64,000 bases of DNA from Trichodesmium erythraeum IMS101 (GCF_000014265.1 NC_008312.1:2936607-3000606); one strand, 5' to 3'; shown: positions 20,430 to 33,100, counted from the first letter of the stretch. Notes: generated by a model not told the origin, from the sequence alone. Translations and numbers: made by a program.

Positions 20430-21370
20430 CGTAAGGAGATTGACACTCTCCCGACGCTTATCCTACAAGACATTTGCGGAAAATTCCCAATTCATCAATA
20501 TTAAGGGCTTTCTGCTTCATCGTACTTGCCCTCCGAGATTTACTCTCTTCAGGTCTTACAGTCGCGACCCAGACTGACACTGCCTGTCCGGTAGCCAAAA
20601 TGTTTATACTTGCGTTTAGATAACTATCATGGTGACTAGCGCTTTCAGGACAGTCCCATTGTCTAATATTTAAAGATAATTTTTCTACTATATGAATACA
20701 ATTAGAGTAACGTTTAGAACTAGGAAAATATCTGTCAATTTTTATTAATGTACGACTATACCATTGAGCTTTGTATTCTAATTGCTTCACTAATTCTCCC
20801 CAATTAGCATCACTTATTGCTATCGTACTGGGTATACAACCTAGTAGTAATTGCCTGCTCCATCTAATATATAATTGTTCTGCATACTTAGCTAAATAGA
20901 CTTGACCATCTTTACATTTGAAGGCTGACTTTGTAAACGTAGCACTACCAACATTTCTTTTTTTCTTGGAATTAGGATATTTAGTATGTCCACTAAAAAG
21001 GTTATTAGAAGCCGTTTTTAAATATCTTAAGCTTTGCTGTAATACTACACTGCTTACTTCAGGGAGAAAACTTAAATATTCCGGTTTTTTCCAAGAAGTC
21101 AATATAGCTGAAGTTTGTTTATAGCTCACTCTTTCTGGGTGTTCATGCCAAGCTTGAGTTCTAGTTGCTAAAGCTTTGTTGTAGATGAGGTGTATACAAC
21201 CCAAAATCCTCAGCAACAGAATTTCCTGCTCTGGAGTTGGATAAAATCTAAATTTGTATGCTTTTTGGACCATCTACTGCTTAACTTTTAATATTTAAAT
21301 TTTAGAATATTTTTTGTAAGAACACAACATTGATTGGTTTTCATCTCAAAGCTCCCTTAAAGGAGAGCGC
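20430..21370 (-). mobile_element. Non-autonomous IS200/IS605-like element remnant bounded by subterminal hairpins
   Basis: Hairpin ggaga-ttgacac-tctcc at 20435-20451 on the tnpB 3' side, and ctccc-ttaaa-ggagag at 21352-21366 on the 5' side. Both carry the same GGAGA/TCTCC core, as expected for the imperfect palindromes at the ends of this family. Confidence 0.45.
20458..21273 (-). pseudogene. tnpB: Truncated IS200/IS605-family tnpB (OrfB) relic, 271 aa with an internal deletion and degenerate Zn-finger/RuvC-III
   Basis: The N-terminus KAYKFRFYPTPEQEILLLRILGCIHLIYNKAL is the TnpB N-terminal signature. The C-terminus RYFPSSKRYSNC...QWDCPESASHHDSYLNASINILATG matches the Zn-finger/RuvC-III block with substitutions. 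The central RuvC-I/II region is missing: full TnpB is about 400 aa. No tnpA is adjacent. Confidence 0.65.
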
Positions 21371-22082
21371 GGGTCTTTAAGCAAAATTGATATAAAGCTT
21401 AAAGTCTCATTCCTTTAATCTTAAATTATGTAGACTTACAGTTATAAACTATACTAAATATGAAAATTTAAATTAGTTCAAAGCATAATTATATTGCTTT
21501 CTATATTTATTAATCATGCAGATGTTTAGATCAAATAATTTTCAGTATTCAAAGTAATTTTGGGAATTACAATAGTTAATAGTTATAAGTATAAATTATA
21601 GAAATACTATTTATTATAGTACTGTTTTCTTATTTTATCACTGTAAGATTCATTATACTTAACTGCTTAATAATTGAAAAAATATTCAAAAAGCTTGTTA
21701 TATAAAAAAATTGTAGCTATTGGAAATCAAACATAATAATTATTGCTTCTGTGTTTACTTGAACAATTTTTGTTACCTCTATTTAGCAACAACTTTCTTA
21801 AAGTTAAGCTGGTTTGTTTTTGAGCTATATGTTATAATATAAAAAATATTAAACTCAGGGCAATTTTTGATAATATGTAGTCTTAATTTGTACATATAAT
21901 TAATTATTGCTTACTCTAGAGATATTGTGCATTATAATTAAATATTGGAAAGTTGTTGGTCAACTTTATGATCAAAATACTTGAGCTGACCAACAACAAT
22001 CCTGTAAAAAATTAGAGGTAGACTCTAGCTTTAATATCTATTATAATATATATTTAAAAACTTAATGTAGATATTCAGAGCC

Positions 22083-22253
22083 CTAATTGAGACCCAACCA
22101 AGAGAGCAAACCTTCTCCAGTAAAGTATTCGATTGCTAAAGTCAATACAAAACCAATCATTGCTGCTCTACCATTCAGGCGTTCTGCGTACTGGTTAAAC
22201 CCAAATTTTGGCTCATCCAAGTTAGGTGTATTAGTAGGTTGTGGTTGTTTCAT
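22083..22253 (-). CDS. hli: High-light-inducible protein (HLIP/Scp, one-helix CAB-like), 56 aa. Not in the ORF track because it is under 60 aa.
   Basis: Reverse-strand translation gives MKQPQPTNTPNLDEPKFGFNQYAERLNGRAAMIGFVLTLAIEYFTGEGLLSWLGLN. The chlorophyll-binding motif AE.LNGRAAMIGF......E..TG.G.L is diagnostic. The ORF-track entry 22087..22269(+) is its antisense artifact. Confidence 0.8.
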   Translation of the reverse strand: MKQPQPTNTPNLDEPKFGFNQYAERLNGRAAMIGFVLTLAIEYFTGEGLLSWLGLN

Positions 22254-22413
22254 TATCAATTGGCCTTAAAATTAATAGTGTTTGCAAATAGAGTTGTTTG
22301 TTTATAATTATTAAGTATATTTTAAAAGGAGTCGACCCAGTGTCAATATCTCTGTGCAAAAATTTTAGCGAGAGAGTCGAGAAGCTCCACAATTAAAGTT
22401 TTCACCGAAAAAT

Positions 22414-22989
22414 TTGGTAAGTATGTCAAATTCATTAGACTCCCCTTCTTCCTTACCACCTGCAGTCGAACAAGTAGCCAAAGCTCTGCGACTAGGTGGA
22501 TGGATTTGTTTTTGGGTACAACTTGTCCTCGGTATGGTTTCAGGTATAATTTTTATTTTTGCTGTAGGTTTACTAAGCCAGAATACTGGAGCTGGCACAG
22601 GAGGTGGACTATTTTTTGCAGTTTGTAGTCTTGTGGTACTAGGATTCAGTATTTTCTTGTCATTTCGGTATACCCGCTTAGCAAGGCAATTGCGATCACA
22701 AATATCTTCTTTAAGGCCAAGCAGGGCAGATACAACTCAAAAAGTAAAAAGGACTTTAATTATTAACTTAGTTGGGATGAGTCTAGCTTTATTAGGAGGA
22801 GAAGCAATTGGAGGTATTTTATTAGGCAAATCCTTAGTGAGTAAGTCATTTGTATTTAACCCTACAGAACTAGAAAAATTTACACTAGATATTTTTATAC
22901 TCTTGGGTAATACTCACATAATTGTAGCTCATTTTATTGGGATTATAGTAGGGCTATTTTTGCTTGATAGGGTTTACAACAAGCAGTGA
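22414..22989 (+). CDS. Hypothetical integral membrane protein (191 aa, about 4 TM helices)
   Basis: Hydrophobic segments WICFWVQLVLGMVSGIIFIFAVGLL, LFFAVCSLVVLGFSIFLSF, LIINLVGMSLALLGGEAIGGILL, IFILLGNTHIIVAHFIGIIVGLFLL; divergent from hli. Confidence 0.5.
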   Translation: MVSMSNSLDSPSSLPPAVEQVAKALRLGGWICFWVQLVLGMVSGIIFIFAVGLLSQNTGAGTGGGLFFAVCSLVVLGFSIFLSFRYTRLARQLRSQISSLRPSRADTTQKVKRTLIINLVGMSLALLGGEAIGGILLGKSLVSKSFVFNPTELEKFTLDIFILLGNTHIIVAHFIGIIVGLFLLDRVYNKQ

Positions 22990-24353
22990 AGTTGACAATA
23001 GTTTTCTATTTTGGATATCCTCAAAACTATCTTGAAAGCCTACGATAATATGAATATTTTTTTTAGTGATTGATTGCCTCAGTAGTCTTAATTATTAATC
23101 ACTTCTATAGAAAAATATTTTGAGAGACAATGCACATTGGTAGAAGAAAAGTATATTAATAATGGATATATCAACTTGATAGCTTTTTACCCAATCCTAA
23201 TCTCTCTAAAAACTAAATTTGTTTGTAGATTGCTCAAGAATTGTATAACCTTATTCTCAACTTATACTCTCAGGTTTTTTAGGAAAGTTTTCTCTTTCTT
23301 GTTATGACTGACTGTGTCGGGTCAAATCTCTCGGAGGGTTCGTTATAGTTACTTACCATTAGCACTCATTCATTTGTTAAGTTTGAGTAGGTTTAGTAGT
23401 TTGCTGGTTTGGTGGTATGGAGCAAAGATAGTTAGTAGGTTTGCTGATAGGGAGCAAAGATAGAAAATTATTGAAGTAAAAACTTATTGAGAAAAACCCG
23501 GGCTAAAATTGATGCATTTGGTAGTAAGGTATTATCAATTTTTTAATTCTTTAACTCTTAACCTGAAACCTGAAACCTGAAATATGATATCTTAAATCAA
23601 CAACGAATTCTATTTTATAGAAACTCGGAATTATATCCTATATTCGAGTAGTTACTGACTGAATATTTCATATCCTAGAGAGTTTATTACCTACCTTCCT
23701 TCGTGTTTGTGAATGTATCAGTTTGAGTTGGAGGTATTGTTTCTGGTAACTGGTATTTTCCCGGGGTTTAATTTAACTTCAGAGATTGATGTTCAGTTAC
23801 TATTCTGTGGACTATGCTGTCAACCCAACAACAGAACAGTATAAGATTTCAGCCTACTTGGTCATAAGAGTTATTTATAAGTCGAGGTTGTCCTGATATA
23901 TTGATTTAGAACGGTCATTTATATCCTAATTACAGGTGTTGTAGCTAATGGGTAGTACTTTGAAGTTAGTATTATACCAAATCCGCTTTAATAAGAAGAT
24001 AGATATTTACAAAATTCAAAACTCTTGCTTAACAAAGATTTGGGTATCTATACCACTTTTAGTTATTAATCCGGAATCAATACTAACTCACAGAATAAAT
24101 TACTTAGATTACTCCTATTAAGTAAAAATAGAACTACAACCATAGCCATGGAATTTAAACTTGCATCTAGCTATTTTTTTTACATATCTTCGATAAAATC
24201 TGATAATGGATAGATCGAGATAGTTAGCGATCGCTACCCACTCAAATTAAAATCGAAGTCAAAAGCAAAAATAGTCAAGTTTACAGTCTTATATTCAGAA
24301 ACTTAAAATAGGAAAAATTAATCTCCAAAAATAAAAGTCAGGTTCAATAAAAC

Positions 24354-25094
24354 ATGAGTACAAACCTAGCTACTACTATAGAATTAGAAACTTCAACTGA
24401 ATCAATCATCCTATCTAGAAACTCTGATAATACAGACACTAATCTATCAGAAAATAACTACAATTTATCTCAAGAGTTTGAACCAAAAAGATATCTACTA
24501 AAATGGAATAAAAAGCCGACAAAAGCAGAACAAGAAGCTTTGTTGCTTGAGGAAAGAAATACATATCTACAGGAACTAGGCGAAAAACTACAAAAAGCGC
24601 GAAAAATGCGTTGTTTATCAATAAAACAAATTCATAAACAAACTTTCGTGCCACTTCATTATATAGAAGCAATAGAGAAAGGTGAAACCGAAAAATTACC
24701 AGAAGATATATATCTTCGGGGATTCATCTTTCATCTTGGCAATGCTTTAGGATTTGATGGAGTAACTTTAGCAGCAGCCTTACCTATTTCCAATTCACTT
24801 CAAGGTTTAATTCCATCTTGGTCTGAGTCCAATAAAGGCTTTGGATTTTATCTACATCCAGCTTACTTATATTTAGGTTATGCAGCTTTAATAGCTGGAG
24901 CAGTAGGTGGACTAAATTGGATATCTCAACAACCAAGTCCTGAAGCAAATCTGATTCGGAAGACAATAGAACCTCCTAATTTAGCTGCCCATTCAAATCA
25001 GCATTTAGAAACGACTCAAAGACCAGGATTAAAATACACTAAAGATAGTCTAGTTGTTGGTTCTGATATAGCTCCACCAGAAACAATGATTTAA
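24354..25094 (+). CDS. RodZ-like cytoskeleton-associated protein (HTH_25 + TM)
   Basis: HTH region [65 protein letters not shown] matches the RodZ N-terminal helix-turn-helix. Single [21 protein letters not shown]; the 4-bp convergent overlap with proB is tolerable. Confidence 0.6.
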   Translation: MSTNLATTIELETSTESIILSRNSDNTDTNLSENNYNLSQEFEPKRYLLKWNKKPTKAEQEALLLEERNTYLQELGEKLQKARKMRCLSIKQIHKQTFVPLHYIEAIEKGETEKLPEDIYLRGFIFHLGNALGFDGVTLAAALPISNSLQGLIPSWSESNKGFGFYLHPAYLYLGYAALIAGAVGGLNWISQQPSPEANLIRKTIEPPNLAAHSNQHLETTQRPGLKYTKDSLVVGSDIAPPETMI

Positions 25095-26221
25095 TTTGTC
25101 AGCAAAAGATTATTTCTATGTACAACTGTTTCAGCTCCCACATAGCCCAAAATATCAGATATATTTTCTGAGCGACAACCTAGAATTTTTTGCAATTCAA
25201 TACTGCTGTAGTTCACAAGTCCCCTAGCTATTTCCTGGCCTTTTTCATTGCATAGTTTGACAGCATCCGATGAATTAAATTCTCCTTCTACTTGAATAAT
25301 ACCAGCAGCTAATAGAGATTTACCATACTCAGAAATTGCCTTAACTGCACCTTGGTCTAGATATAGTTGGCCTGCTGGAACTAAAACATTGGCAATCCAA
25401 TGTTTGCGACCATTGACTTGTTCTGGTTGAGGTTCAAACTGAGTACCTATAGATTCTCCATTGAGGATTTTTTGTATATTAGTGGGTACTTTACCATCAG
25501 TAATTACAGTTCGGACTCCAGCAGAAGTAGCAATTTTAGCAGCCTCAATTTTTGTAACCATTCCCCCAGTTCCTCGTCCACTAACAGACTCTCCAACTTG
25601 AACTTTAAGTTCTTTGAGTTGTTCTATTTCCCCTACTAAGGTAATGGGTAAAGCATCTGGATTTTTTCTCGGGTCGGCGGAGTATAATCTATCGACATCA
25701 GTTAGTATGAATAACCAATCAGCCTCTACTAGACTGGCAACTAAAGCTGATAGAGTATCATTGTCCCCAAAATTTAGCTCTTCAACAGCAGTGGTATCAT
25801 TTTCATTCACTATTGGGACTACACCTAGTCGAAAAAGTTGTTGAAATGTGTTGTAGGCATTGACATAACTACTACGTCGTGACAGGTCACTTTTTGTTAA
25901 TAAAATCTGGGCAACTGTTTGTTGCAAAGATGAAAACAAGTCATTGTAAACTCGCATTATTTGTCCTTGACCTACTGCTGCTATGGCTTGTTTCATAGAA
26001 ATATTTCGAGGCTTTTTGGTTAGTCCTAATATATCGCAACCTACACCAACAGCTCCAGAAGATACTAAAACTACTTGATATCCCTGCTGACGTAAATTGA
26101 TAATAGTTTCAATTAAGCTAGAAATTGTAGATAAGGCTAAATTTCCGGTTTCTGAATTAGTTAGGCTAGAAGTGCCTATTTTGATCACTATTGTATTCAT
26201 AGAAATAATTGAATTTTCCAC
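25091..26221 (-). CDS. proB: Glutamate 5-kinase (amino-acid kinase domain + PUA domain)
   Basis: [11 protein letters not shown]...[12 protein letters not shown]...[10 protein letters not shown]...[15 protein letters not shown], with a C-terminal PUA region; length 376 aa. Confidence 0.9.
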   Translation of the reverse strand: MENSIISMNTIVIKIGTSSLTNSETGNLALSTISSLIETIINLRQQGYQVVLVSSGAVGVGCDILGLTKKPRNISMKQAIAAVGQGQIMRVYNDLFSSLQQTVAQILLTKSDLSRRSSYVNAYNTFQQLFRLGVVPIVNENDTTAVEELNFGDNDTLSALVASLVEADWLFILTDVDRLYSADPRKNPDALPITLVGEIEQLKELKVQVGESVSGRGTGGMVTKIEAAKIATSAGVRTVITDGKVPTNIQKILNGESIGTQFEPQPEQVNGRKHWIANVLVPAGQLYLDQGAVKAISEYGKSLLAAGIIQVEGEFNSSDAVKLCNEKGQEIARGLVNYSSIELQKILGCRSENISDILGYVGAETVVHRNNLLLTN

Positions 26222-26984
26222 TACTAATTCTCAAGCAAAAAATCAGCTTTGAACTAATTACAAAATATTAATTATTACAATCTCTTGTATAGTTAGCATT
26301 GTCAATAATTTCTGATTGATTCTCATGCAAACAACTCCCTCAAGATGATAAAAAATGGGGTTTTTGATTGAGAATATATAGTGCTTTTGGTATAATTTTA
26401 CTGAGTGGATAAAATACTATTATAAATTCCTAAATCTTGTTTGTATAGCACTTGCTCCCAGATTTCATGCCCTCATAATTTTTCATTATAATAATGGGGA
26501 TGAGATAGTTAAAAATCATTGTTAACTCTCTTGAGCACTAGATATAATAGGTCAAAATTAATCTAGTTTCTATTTATCAAAGTAAATATATTTATAAAAT
26601 ACTACTAATGGTTGTATTTTTATGGCCATGAAGCAAGTAATTGAGGACTTTACAGATTTATAACTTGAGAATCCCAAGCTTTTTATTGGAAAAAAAGGGT
26701 AAGGTCAAAGATTCTCAACTCAAAAATACTATTACTAATTTTGACAATTAGAAACTAGTAAATCCATGTTTTTTTAAGATTATGTGGTATAATATCATTC
26801 TTTAATGTTTGTTATCGAAAAATTATCATCATCGACACTCCCTAAAAATTGGAAAACCTAAATAGAATTTCATAGCACTAGCTTCAACTAGCAAATTAAG
26901 ATAAATTTGCAAAGACTAAACAAAACAAATCTTTAGTCTAATTAGTTAGGTGTGCTGGAGGATAATCTAGGAGTGCTAAATAGA

Positions 26985-28055
26985 ATGTCAACACTATATT
27001 CAACTGATTTTACCAAAAATAGTCAAGCAAAACTACTTCGTGTAGGGGTAATTGGGGTCGGTAATATGGGGCAGCATCATACCCGTGTCCTAAGCTTGCT
27101 CAAAGATACTGAATTAGTAGGTGTAGCAGATATCAATGTTGAAAGGGGACTAGATACTGCCAGTAAGTATGGAGTTCGTTTTTTTGAGGAGTATCAAGAG
27201 CTTTTGCCTCATGTTGATGCTGTCTGTGTCGCTGTGCCCACTCTTCAACATTATGCTGTAGGAATGACCTGCTTAAAGGCGGGAGTTCATGTACTAATGG
27301 AAAAACCCATCGCTGCCAGTATTGGTGAGGCGGAGTTTTTGGTTAATACTGCTGCTGAAACAAATAGAATTTTACAGGTGGGTCATATAGAAAGGTTTAA
27401 TCCTGCTTTTCAAGAACTCAGTAAAGTTCTGAAAACGGAAGAATTACTGGCCTTGGAAGCTCATCGGATGAGTCCTTATTCTCATAGGGCTAATGATGTG
27501 TCTGTAGTGTTGGACTTGATGATTCATGATATTGATTTATTACTAGAGTTGGTGGCTGCCCCAGTTGTCAAACTGACTGCTAGTGGTAGTAGTGCTTCTA
27601 GTTCGGGAAATTTAGATTACGTTACGGCTACTCTTGGCTTTGCTAATGGTATTGTGGCTACTTTAACGGCCAGTAAGGTGACACATAAAAAACTTCGTTC
27701 CATCGTTGCCCACTGTAAAAATTCTTTGACAGAGGCAGATTTTCTCAACAATGAAATTCTGATTCACCGTCAAACAACAGGAGATTATGTGACTGACTAT
27801 GGTCAGGTTCTTTATCGTCAGGATGGTTTAATTGAAAGGGTTTATACTAGCAATATTGAACCTCTTCATGCAGAATTAGAGCATTTTGTTTATTGTGTAG
27901 GTGGAGGAAATAAACCTTCAGTTGGAGGAGAACAAGCTCTTAAGGCATTAAGATTAGGTAGTTTGATTGAGAAAATAGCTATTGATGATTTGGCTTACCA
28001 TCCAGTAGATTCAGAATTTAATTTGTTGAATAATTCTATGCTGAAAGTGGGGTAA
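26985..28055 (+). CDS. Gfo/Idh/MocA-family NAD(P)-dependent oxidoreductase
   Basis: N-terminal Rossmann LRVGVIGVGNMGQHHTRVL and the EKP motif (LMEKPIAAS) typical of the family. The start is probably the ATG at 26985 (MSTLYST) rather than the GTG at 26952. Confidence 0.8.
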   Translation: MSTLYSTDFTKNSQAKLLRVGVIGVGNMGQHHTRVLSLLKDTELVGVADINVERGLDTASKYGVRFFEEYQELLPHVDAVCVAVPTLQHYAVGMTCLKAGVHVLMEKPIAASIGEAEFLVNTAAETNRILQVGHIERFNPAFQELSKVLKTEELLALEAHRMSPYSHRANDVSVVLDLMIHDIDLLLELVAAPVVKLTASGSSASSSGNLDYVTATLGFANGIVATLTASKVTHKKLRSIVAHCKNSLTEADFLNNEILIHRQTTGDYVTDYGQVLYRQDGLIERVYTSNIEPLHAELEHFVYCVGGGNKPSVGGEQALKALRLGSLIEKIAIDDLAYHPVDSEFNLLNNSMLKVG

Positions 28056-28882
28056 AATATTTTGATAATTCTACTAGGAATTTTTGCTAATAAATATTAT
28101 ACTAAATCTCAAAAGTATTGCTATGTATTTTTGAGGTTAGGATGGAATATTGTATCCAACAATTATTTGGGTATTAGGGTTTTACCGAATAATATATTCT
28201 CGCTAAATTTCTATAATTGTTAAAGGTATTACTGAACTTTACTTATTACTTAATAGCTGAAGTTTTGGTCAATTTTCCTATTATTTTTGGGAATTAGTAT
28301 GATTTTTGGCTGATTTTTTTATATATTACTCCGCCTATATTGATAGATTTAGGCGGATTTTTATGCAAGGAAAGTAACCTTGTTAGTTTAAATAGCTCCT
28401 AATACCAAGTGTGATAAATATTTGCTACAAATGACTAGGAAATTTATGAGGAATTAGGAATTAGAATTAATGGTTTCAATACCTAATACCATTTTTTAAT
28501 TTTCAGGTGAGAAATTATCTGTTTTTGCCAAAGAAAAATTTCCTGTAAAGTATTTCATTTAATATGAAATGACTATAGCAGTTCTTTCATCTATGAGGTA
28601 CAGTTTTAGATACCCCTGCTCTCCTTTTTAAGCTATCCCTGATCGGGAACTACTGATACCCTTTTCTTTTCTGGTAGTGACATGGGGACATAGCCTTAAG
28701 CCCGACTTTAGATAGGAACAGGTGGAAGAGCGATCGCTATTTTCACATAGGGAAAAAAATATCTTGGGAAAAACCTATGTTTAAATACATTTACTATTGA
28801 GAAATATTCAATTTATAGTAAATTTGTAACTTCTTTCTTTTGTCAAGTTTGACATTAAAAAATATTTTTATAAACCATAGCT

Positions 28883-28917
28883 AAAAAAGAGAGGCTTAAA
28901 AGCAGCCTCTCTTTTTT
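28883..28917. terminator. Bidirectional rho-independent terminator hairpin
   Basis: aaaaaAGAGAGGCT-taaaagc-AGCCTCTCT-tttttt: a 9-bp perfect stem flanked by an A-run and a T-run, between the convergent oxidoreductase and MIF genes. Confidence 0.7.
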
Positions 28918-29064
28918 AGGGAGAAAACAGGGAATCATAAACGCACCTCATAACTGGGGGAATTGCTATATAAGTATTAAAATTCTTTAATAAATTACTT
29001 TTGACTTATGACTTTTTAGTTGCCCGTAGCCTTATAATTTCCTCAAAAAAATCAGGAAAAGTTA

Positions 29065-29418
29065 TCAAAAAGTTGAACTATTCCAACCCCAAAGATAACC
29101 TTGAGCATCAGAAAATTCTATATAGATTCGATTTTTAGGAACCCCGAGAGTTTTATTAATTTGTTCACAAAAATCTTGACTCATTTCTTTGGTTTGGTTA
29201 GGCTTCATACTACCAATACTTTTAATTTCTATGTAGCAAGTCGGCTCATCACTATTTCCACCAAAAGTCATGGGAATATCAGATTCAAAGGCTGTCATTA
29301 CGTAAGATTCTGATTTACTAAAATGCTTGGCCATACTAGATGAAAGTTGTTTGAGAAGGTTGTCAATTTTATCTTTTTCTAGTTGGGCAACGGAAGTTTT
29401 GACTTTGATTAATGGCAT
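29065..29418 (-). CDS. MIF-family tautomerase (macrophage migration inhibitory factor / phenylpyruvate tautomerase-like), 117 aa
   Basis: MPLIKVKTSV... N-terminus with catalytic Pro-1 after Met removal; FGGNSDEP, SIG, and the C-terminal IYIEFSDAQGYLWGWNSSTF are MIF signatures. The true start is the internal Met of the 135-aa ORF-track entry. Confidence 0.75.
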   Translation of the reverse strand: MPLIKVKTSVAQLEKDKIDNLLKQLSSSMAKHFSKSESYVMTAFESDIPMTFGGNSDEPTCYIEIKSIGSMKPNQTKEMSQDFCEQINKTLGVPKNRIYIEFSDAQGYLWGWNSSTF

Positions 29419-29544
29419 AGTTCGATTAATAGTTGAGGATGAACAAAATAAACTATTTACGTAGGTCTTCAATTATAAAAGTTAACTAATCAATTGTCTA
29501 TAATAGACCTAAAGAAAGGAAGGGAAAACACATAGAAAAAATAT

Positions 29545-30183
29545 ATGAATATCAAACGGGCATTGAAAAGTATAACTAAGGGAGTTTCGACCTTTGCTGG
29601 ACCTCTGGGGGCTCCTTTTGAAGCATTGCTATATTTCGTTGAGGATAAACAAACACAAGAGCGTGAGGCTCAACTAGATGCAATGATCTTTGAGGTACAA
29701 AGTTTGAACCGTGAAACTCTTGAGGAGATATTTCAAGCTAGAGAGGAAATTAAGGAATTGAGGGCACAATTTATTTTGGCAATGGAAATTTGTTTTTCTA
29801 TTTTAGCTGAAAACAGGAAATTGTTGTTTAGTCCAGATTTAGAACAAAATCTTCCTTTTTTTATTGAACCATATAAGGAACGGTTGGAAGCAAGTGGGTT
29901 GATTACTAATGATGTTTTGGCTGATGCACTTTATCATTGTTATGAAAAAGATGCTCGACTTTTTTTAGCACATATTTCTGCTGATTTTCCTGTGGGAGAA
30001 CTTCGTAGTTATGAGGCTTTACCTGTTATTATTTCTGATTTTTTAACAAGATTTTCTGGTCAGGGATTAAATCAACAAGCTAAAATATTTAAGACTTTAA
30101 GTAAGAAAAATCCAGGTAGTAGACCTTTAAGGGTAAAAAGCTTGATGCTTCAAGAACAAGTGATTAATCAAATAGGGAAGTGA
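29545..30183 (+). CDS. Hypothetical protein (212 aa); its C-terminal module is paralogous to the N-terminal module of the downstream 1204-aa protein
   Basis: ELRSYEALPVIISDFLTRFSGQGLNQQAKIFKTL versus DIRKLTLSDPLLVIISDFFNQCNGLNKNELYKFFRVL in ORF 30194..33808. Same strand; 10-bp gap to the next start. Confidence 0.5.
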   Translation: MNIKRALKSITKGVSTFAGPLGAPFEALLYFVEDKQTQEREAQLDAMIFEVQSLNRETLEEIFQAREEIKELRAQFILAMEICFSILAENRKLLFSPDLEQNLPFFIEPYKERLEASGLITNDVLADALYHCYEKDARLFLAHISADFPVGELRSYEALPVIISDFLTRFSGQGLNQQAKIFKTLSKKNPGSRPLRVKSLMLQEQVINQIGK

Positions 30184-30193
30184 GAAAATATTT

Positions 30194-33100
30194 ATGCCTA
30201 GTGAGTTTGAAAAGGTTCTAGACGAGATTAGAAAACGAAGTAGTAAATATGAAGATATTGGAGATGTTAAGAGGGAAATTATTAATGCGCTTTCACAAAG
30301 ATATAAAACACAGGAACGTTTGTTTACACATTATGTTCTAGAAAAAGGGGGATTTGATATTCGTAAATTAACTTTAAGTGACCCTCTGCTAGTAATTATA
30401 TCTGATTTTTTTAATCAGTGTAATGGTCTAAACAAAAACGAATTATATAAATTTTTTAGAGTGTTATATGATGAAAATAAAGGTATTAGTTTGCTAAAAG
30501 AAATTAGAGATACACTTGTACAATTTAAACATCAAAGTACTGATACTCCTACATATACACCATCACCATACATATCAGTTATTACTTCAGAAGCAATAGG
30601 CTTAGTAGAAGCAAAATATGGACAGTCTCTAGAACAGGGAAAAAACTTTGCTAAAAAAGTTGATTGTAATAATTTTCAGGATGTACAAGCTTTTTTTAAT
30701 AATGGGGGACAAGCTGGTAAACAGCTTGCTATTTTGGAGCCAGGAACCTATTACATTAACCCCGAAATATTCACTATTCGTACAGTTCCTATTATTAGGA
30801 TTCTTCAAGGAGAAATAGGACTGGTAATAGCCAATGAGGGGACTTTTAAGTCTGATGAACAAACGTTAGGTAGAGTGGTGGAATGTGATAACTTTCAGGA
30901 TGCTGAAGCATTTCTGAAAAATGGAGGACAAAAAGGTAAGCAACTTGCTATTTTGACTGACGGTGACTATAAAATTAACACTGATTTCTTTAGCGTAATT
31001 ACTACTACTAATGCCTATAAATATAATGAAAATCCAAATAATTTAAAGGTTTATAAAATCGACAAAGATAAAATTGGTATTTTAACTACGATGGTTGGGA
31101 AAATTCTCCCTAAAGGTGAAATTGCTGGACCAATAATTGAAGGACACGATAATTATCAAAATGCACAAAAATTCCTAGATTTAGGAGGATATAAAGGATT
31201 GCAAGAAGAAGTTCTCCAAGAAGGAGCCTGGAGTCTAAATCCTTGGTTTGTTGAAGTTGAGCAGGTACCACTAACTAGAATTGAGCAAGAAGAGGTGGGA
31301 GTTGTTATATCTTTTGTTGGAAAAGAATATGACAAAAATTATGATCAACAGCCCATTTTTTATGGTGCAGAAAAGTCTCTATACCAATTAGTTCCAAAAG
31401 GGTACAAAGGAGTTCAAAAAGAACCTCTTACTGCTGGTCAATATGCAATTAATACCAGAGTAAAAACGGTCAAATTAGTGCCAACTACCCAAATTATACT
31501 GAATTGGTCAGATCAGAAAAAACATCCCTTAAATTATGACTATGAACTGAAACAAATGAAGCTAATTTCTAGAGACCATTTTGAAATTTTTGTTCAGTTT
31601 ACCCAAATTATTCGTATTGCTGCTGAGAATGCTCCTAAGATGATTTGTATGGTTGGATATTATACAGGGGAAGACAAAATATATGTTACTGATGATTCTG
31701 GGCAAGTTGTTAAGAAATATGCAGTTATTAGAAATTTAGTTTCTCGTGTATTAACAAAAGTTGTTTATAGTCATTTTCAACAAGCTGCTACTGGTAAAAC
31801 GGCAATACAGTTTCTAAACACAAGAGGTGACTCTCAAAAGGAGGCCGAAAATTATATAAAAACACTTCTTGAAATGATTGGTGTTGAAGGATGTGGCACT
31901 TTTATGGTTGATACAGTTAATCTACCTCTAGTAGTTGATTCTTACTTACAAGAGAAACAAAAGCAAGAGGCAAGAGAAGCTCAAGCAAAAGCTGCACCTG
32001 AACGGCTTCTTGAACCTGAATTTGTTGAGAATCCTGAACAACGGCTTCCTGAACCTGAATTTGTTGAGAATCCTGAAAACCGTTGTCCCATTATCCTCCT
32101 ACTGGATACATCTTACTCAATGTCAGGAGAAGCTATTACTGAATTAAATCAAGGAGTGAAAATATTTCAGGCAAGTGTAAAGGAAGATGAACTGGCTTCC
32201 TTAAGAGTAGAAATAGCTGTCATTACTTTTAACAGTGAAATTGAAGTAGTTCAAGATTTTGTTACTGTAGATAAATTTATTCCCAAAACATTAGAAGCAT
32301 CAGGAGTAACGCACATGGGAAAAGCTATTGAAAAAGCCCTAGAATTATTAGAAAAGCGAAAACAAGACTACAAAAATAGCGATATTCAATACTATCGACC
32401 CTGGATCTTTCTAATTACTGATGGGCAACCTACTGATACTTGGCAAGATGCAGCAAAAAAAATAGAAGAAGCTGAAACTAATAGAAAATTACTTTTTTTT
32501 GCTGTTGGGGTAAGAGATGCAGATATGGAGACATTAAGTGAAATTTCTGTATGCCCTCCTAAAAAACTCAACGGCTTAGATTTTCAATCTTTGTTTAAAT
32601 GGCTAAGTTTTTCACTTCAGCAAGTTTCAGTTAGCAAGATAGGAGAAAAGAATAGACTTCCTCCAACGAATGCATGGGAAGAAATAACTAGTAAAAATCA
32701 AAATACTAAACAGACTCAACAAACTCAACAAAAGACAACAATTCCTAATTCTGACCCTAATCCTGAACCAATTATCCCTATCTTAGTTTTAGATAGAGAT
32801 ATTTTTAAAGATCAACGAATTAAGAGTAATTCGGAGGGAGAAATTTGGATAACTCAAAAATATCGCTACCGAAAGAAATACCTAATAAAAATTTATTATG
32901 AAGTTACACCAGCAAGGATAAAAAAGTTAGAAGTAATGGTAGCTTATAAACCGAAAAATTTTCATGGTTCTCAACAAGCGTGGGCTTGGCCTGAGTATTT
33001 ACTAGCAGATAAAACAGGAAAAATTATCGGCTTTGTCATGGAATTTATTGAAGATAGTAAACTGCTATTTAATATTTATAATCCTCAGCGTCGTAAGCAA

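Noticed and set aside
22087-22269. 60-aa plus-strand ORF
   Set aside because: It is the antisense of a clearly recognisable hli gene on the minus strand.
23560-23582. Short (AACCTGA)3 heptamer run
   Set aside because: Too short to matter; another STRR-like fragment.
25400-25844. Plus-strand ORFs 25400..25639 and 25614..25844
   Set aside because: Antisense to proB; Ser-rich low-complexity.
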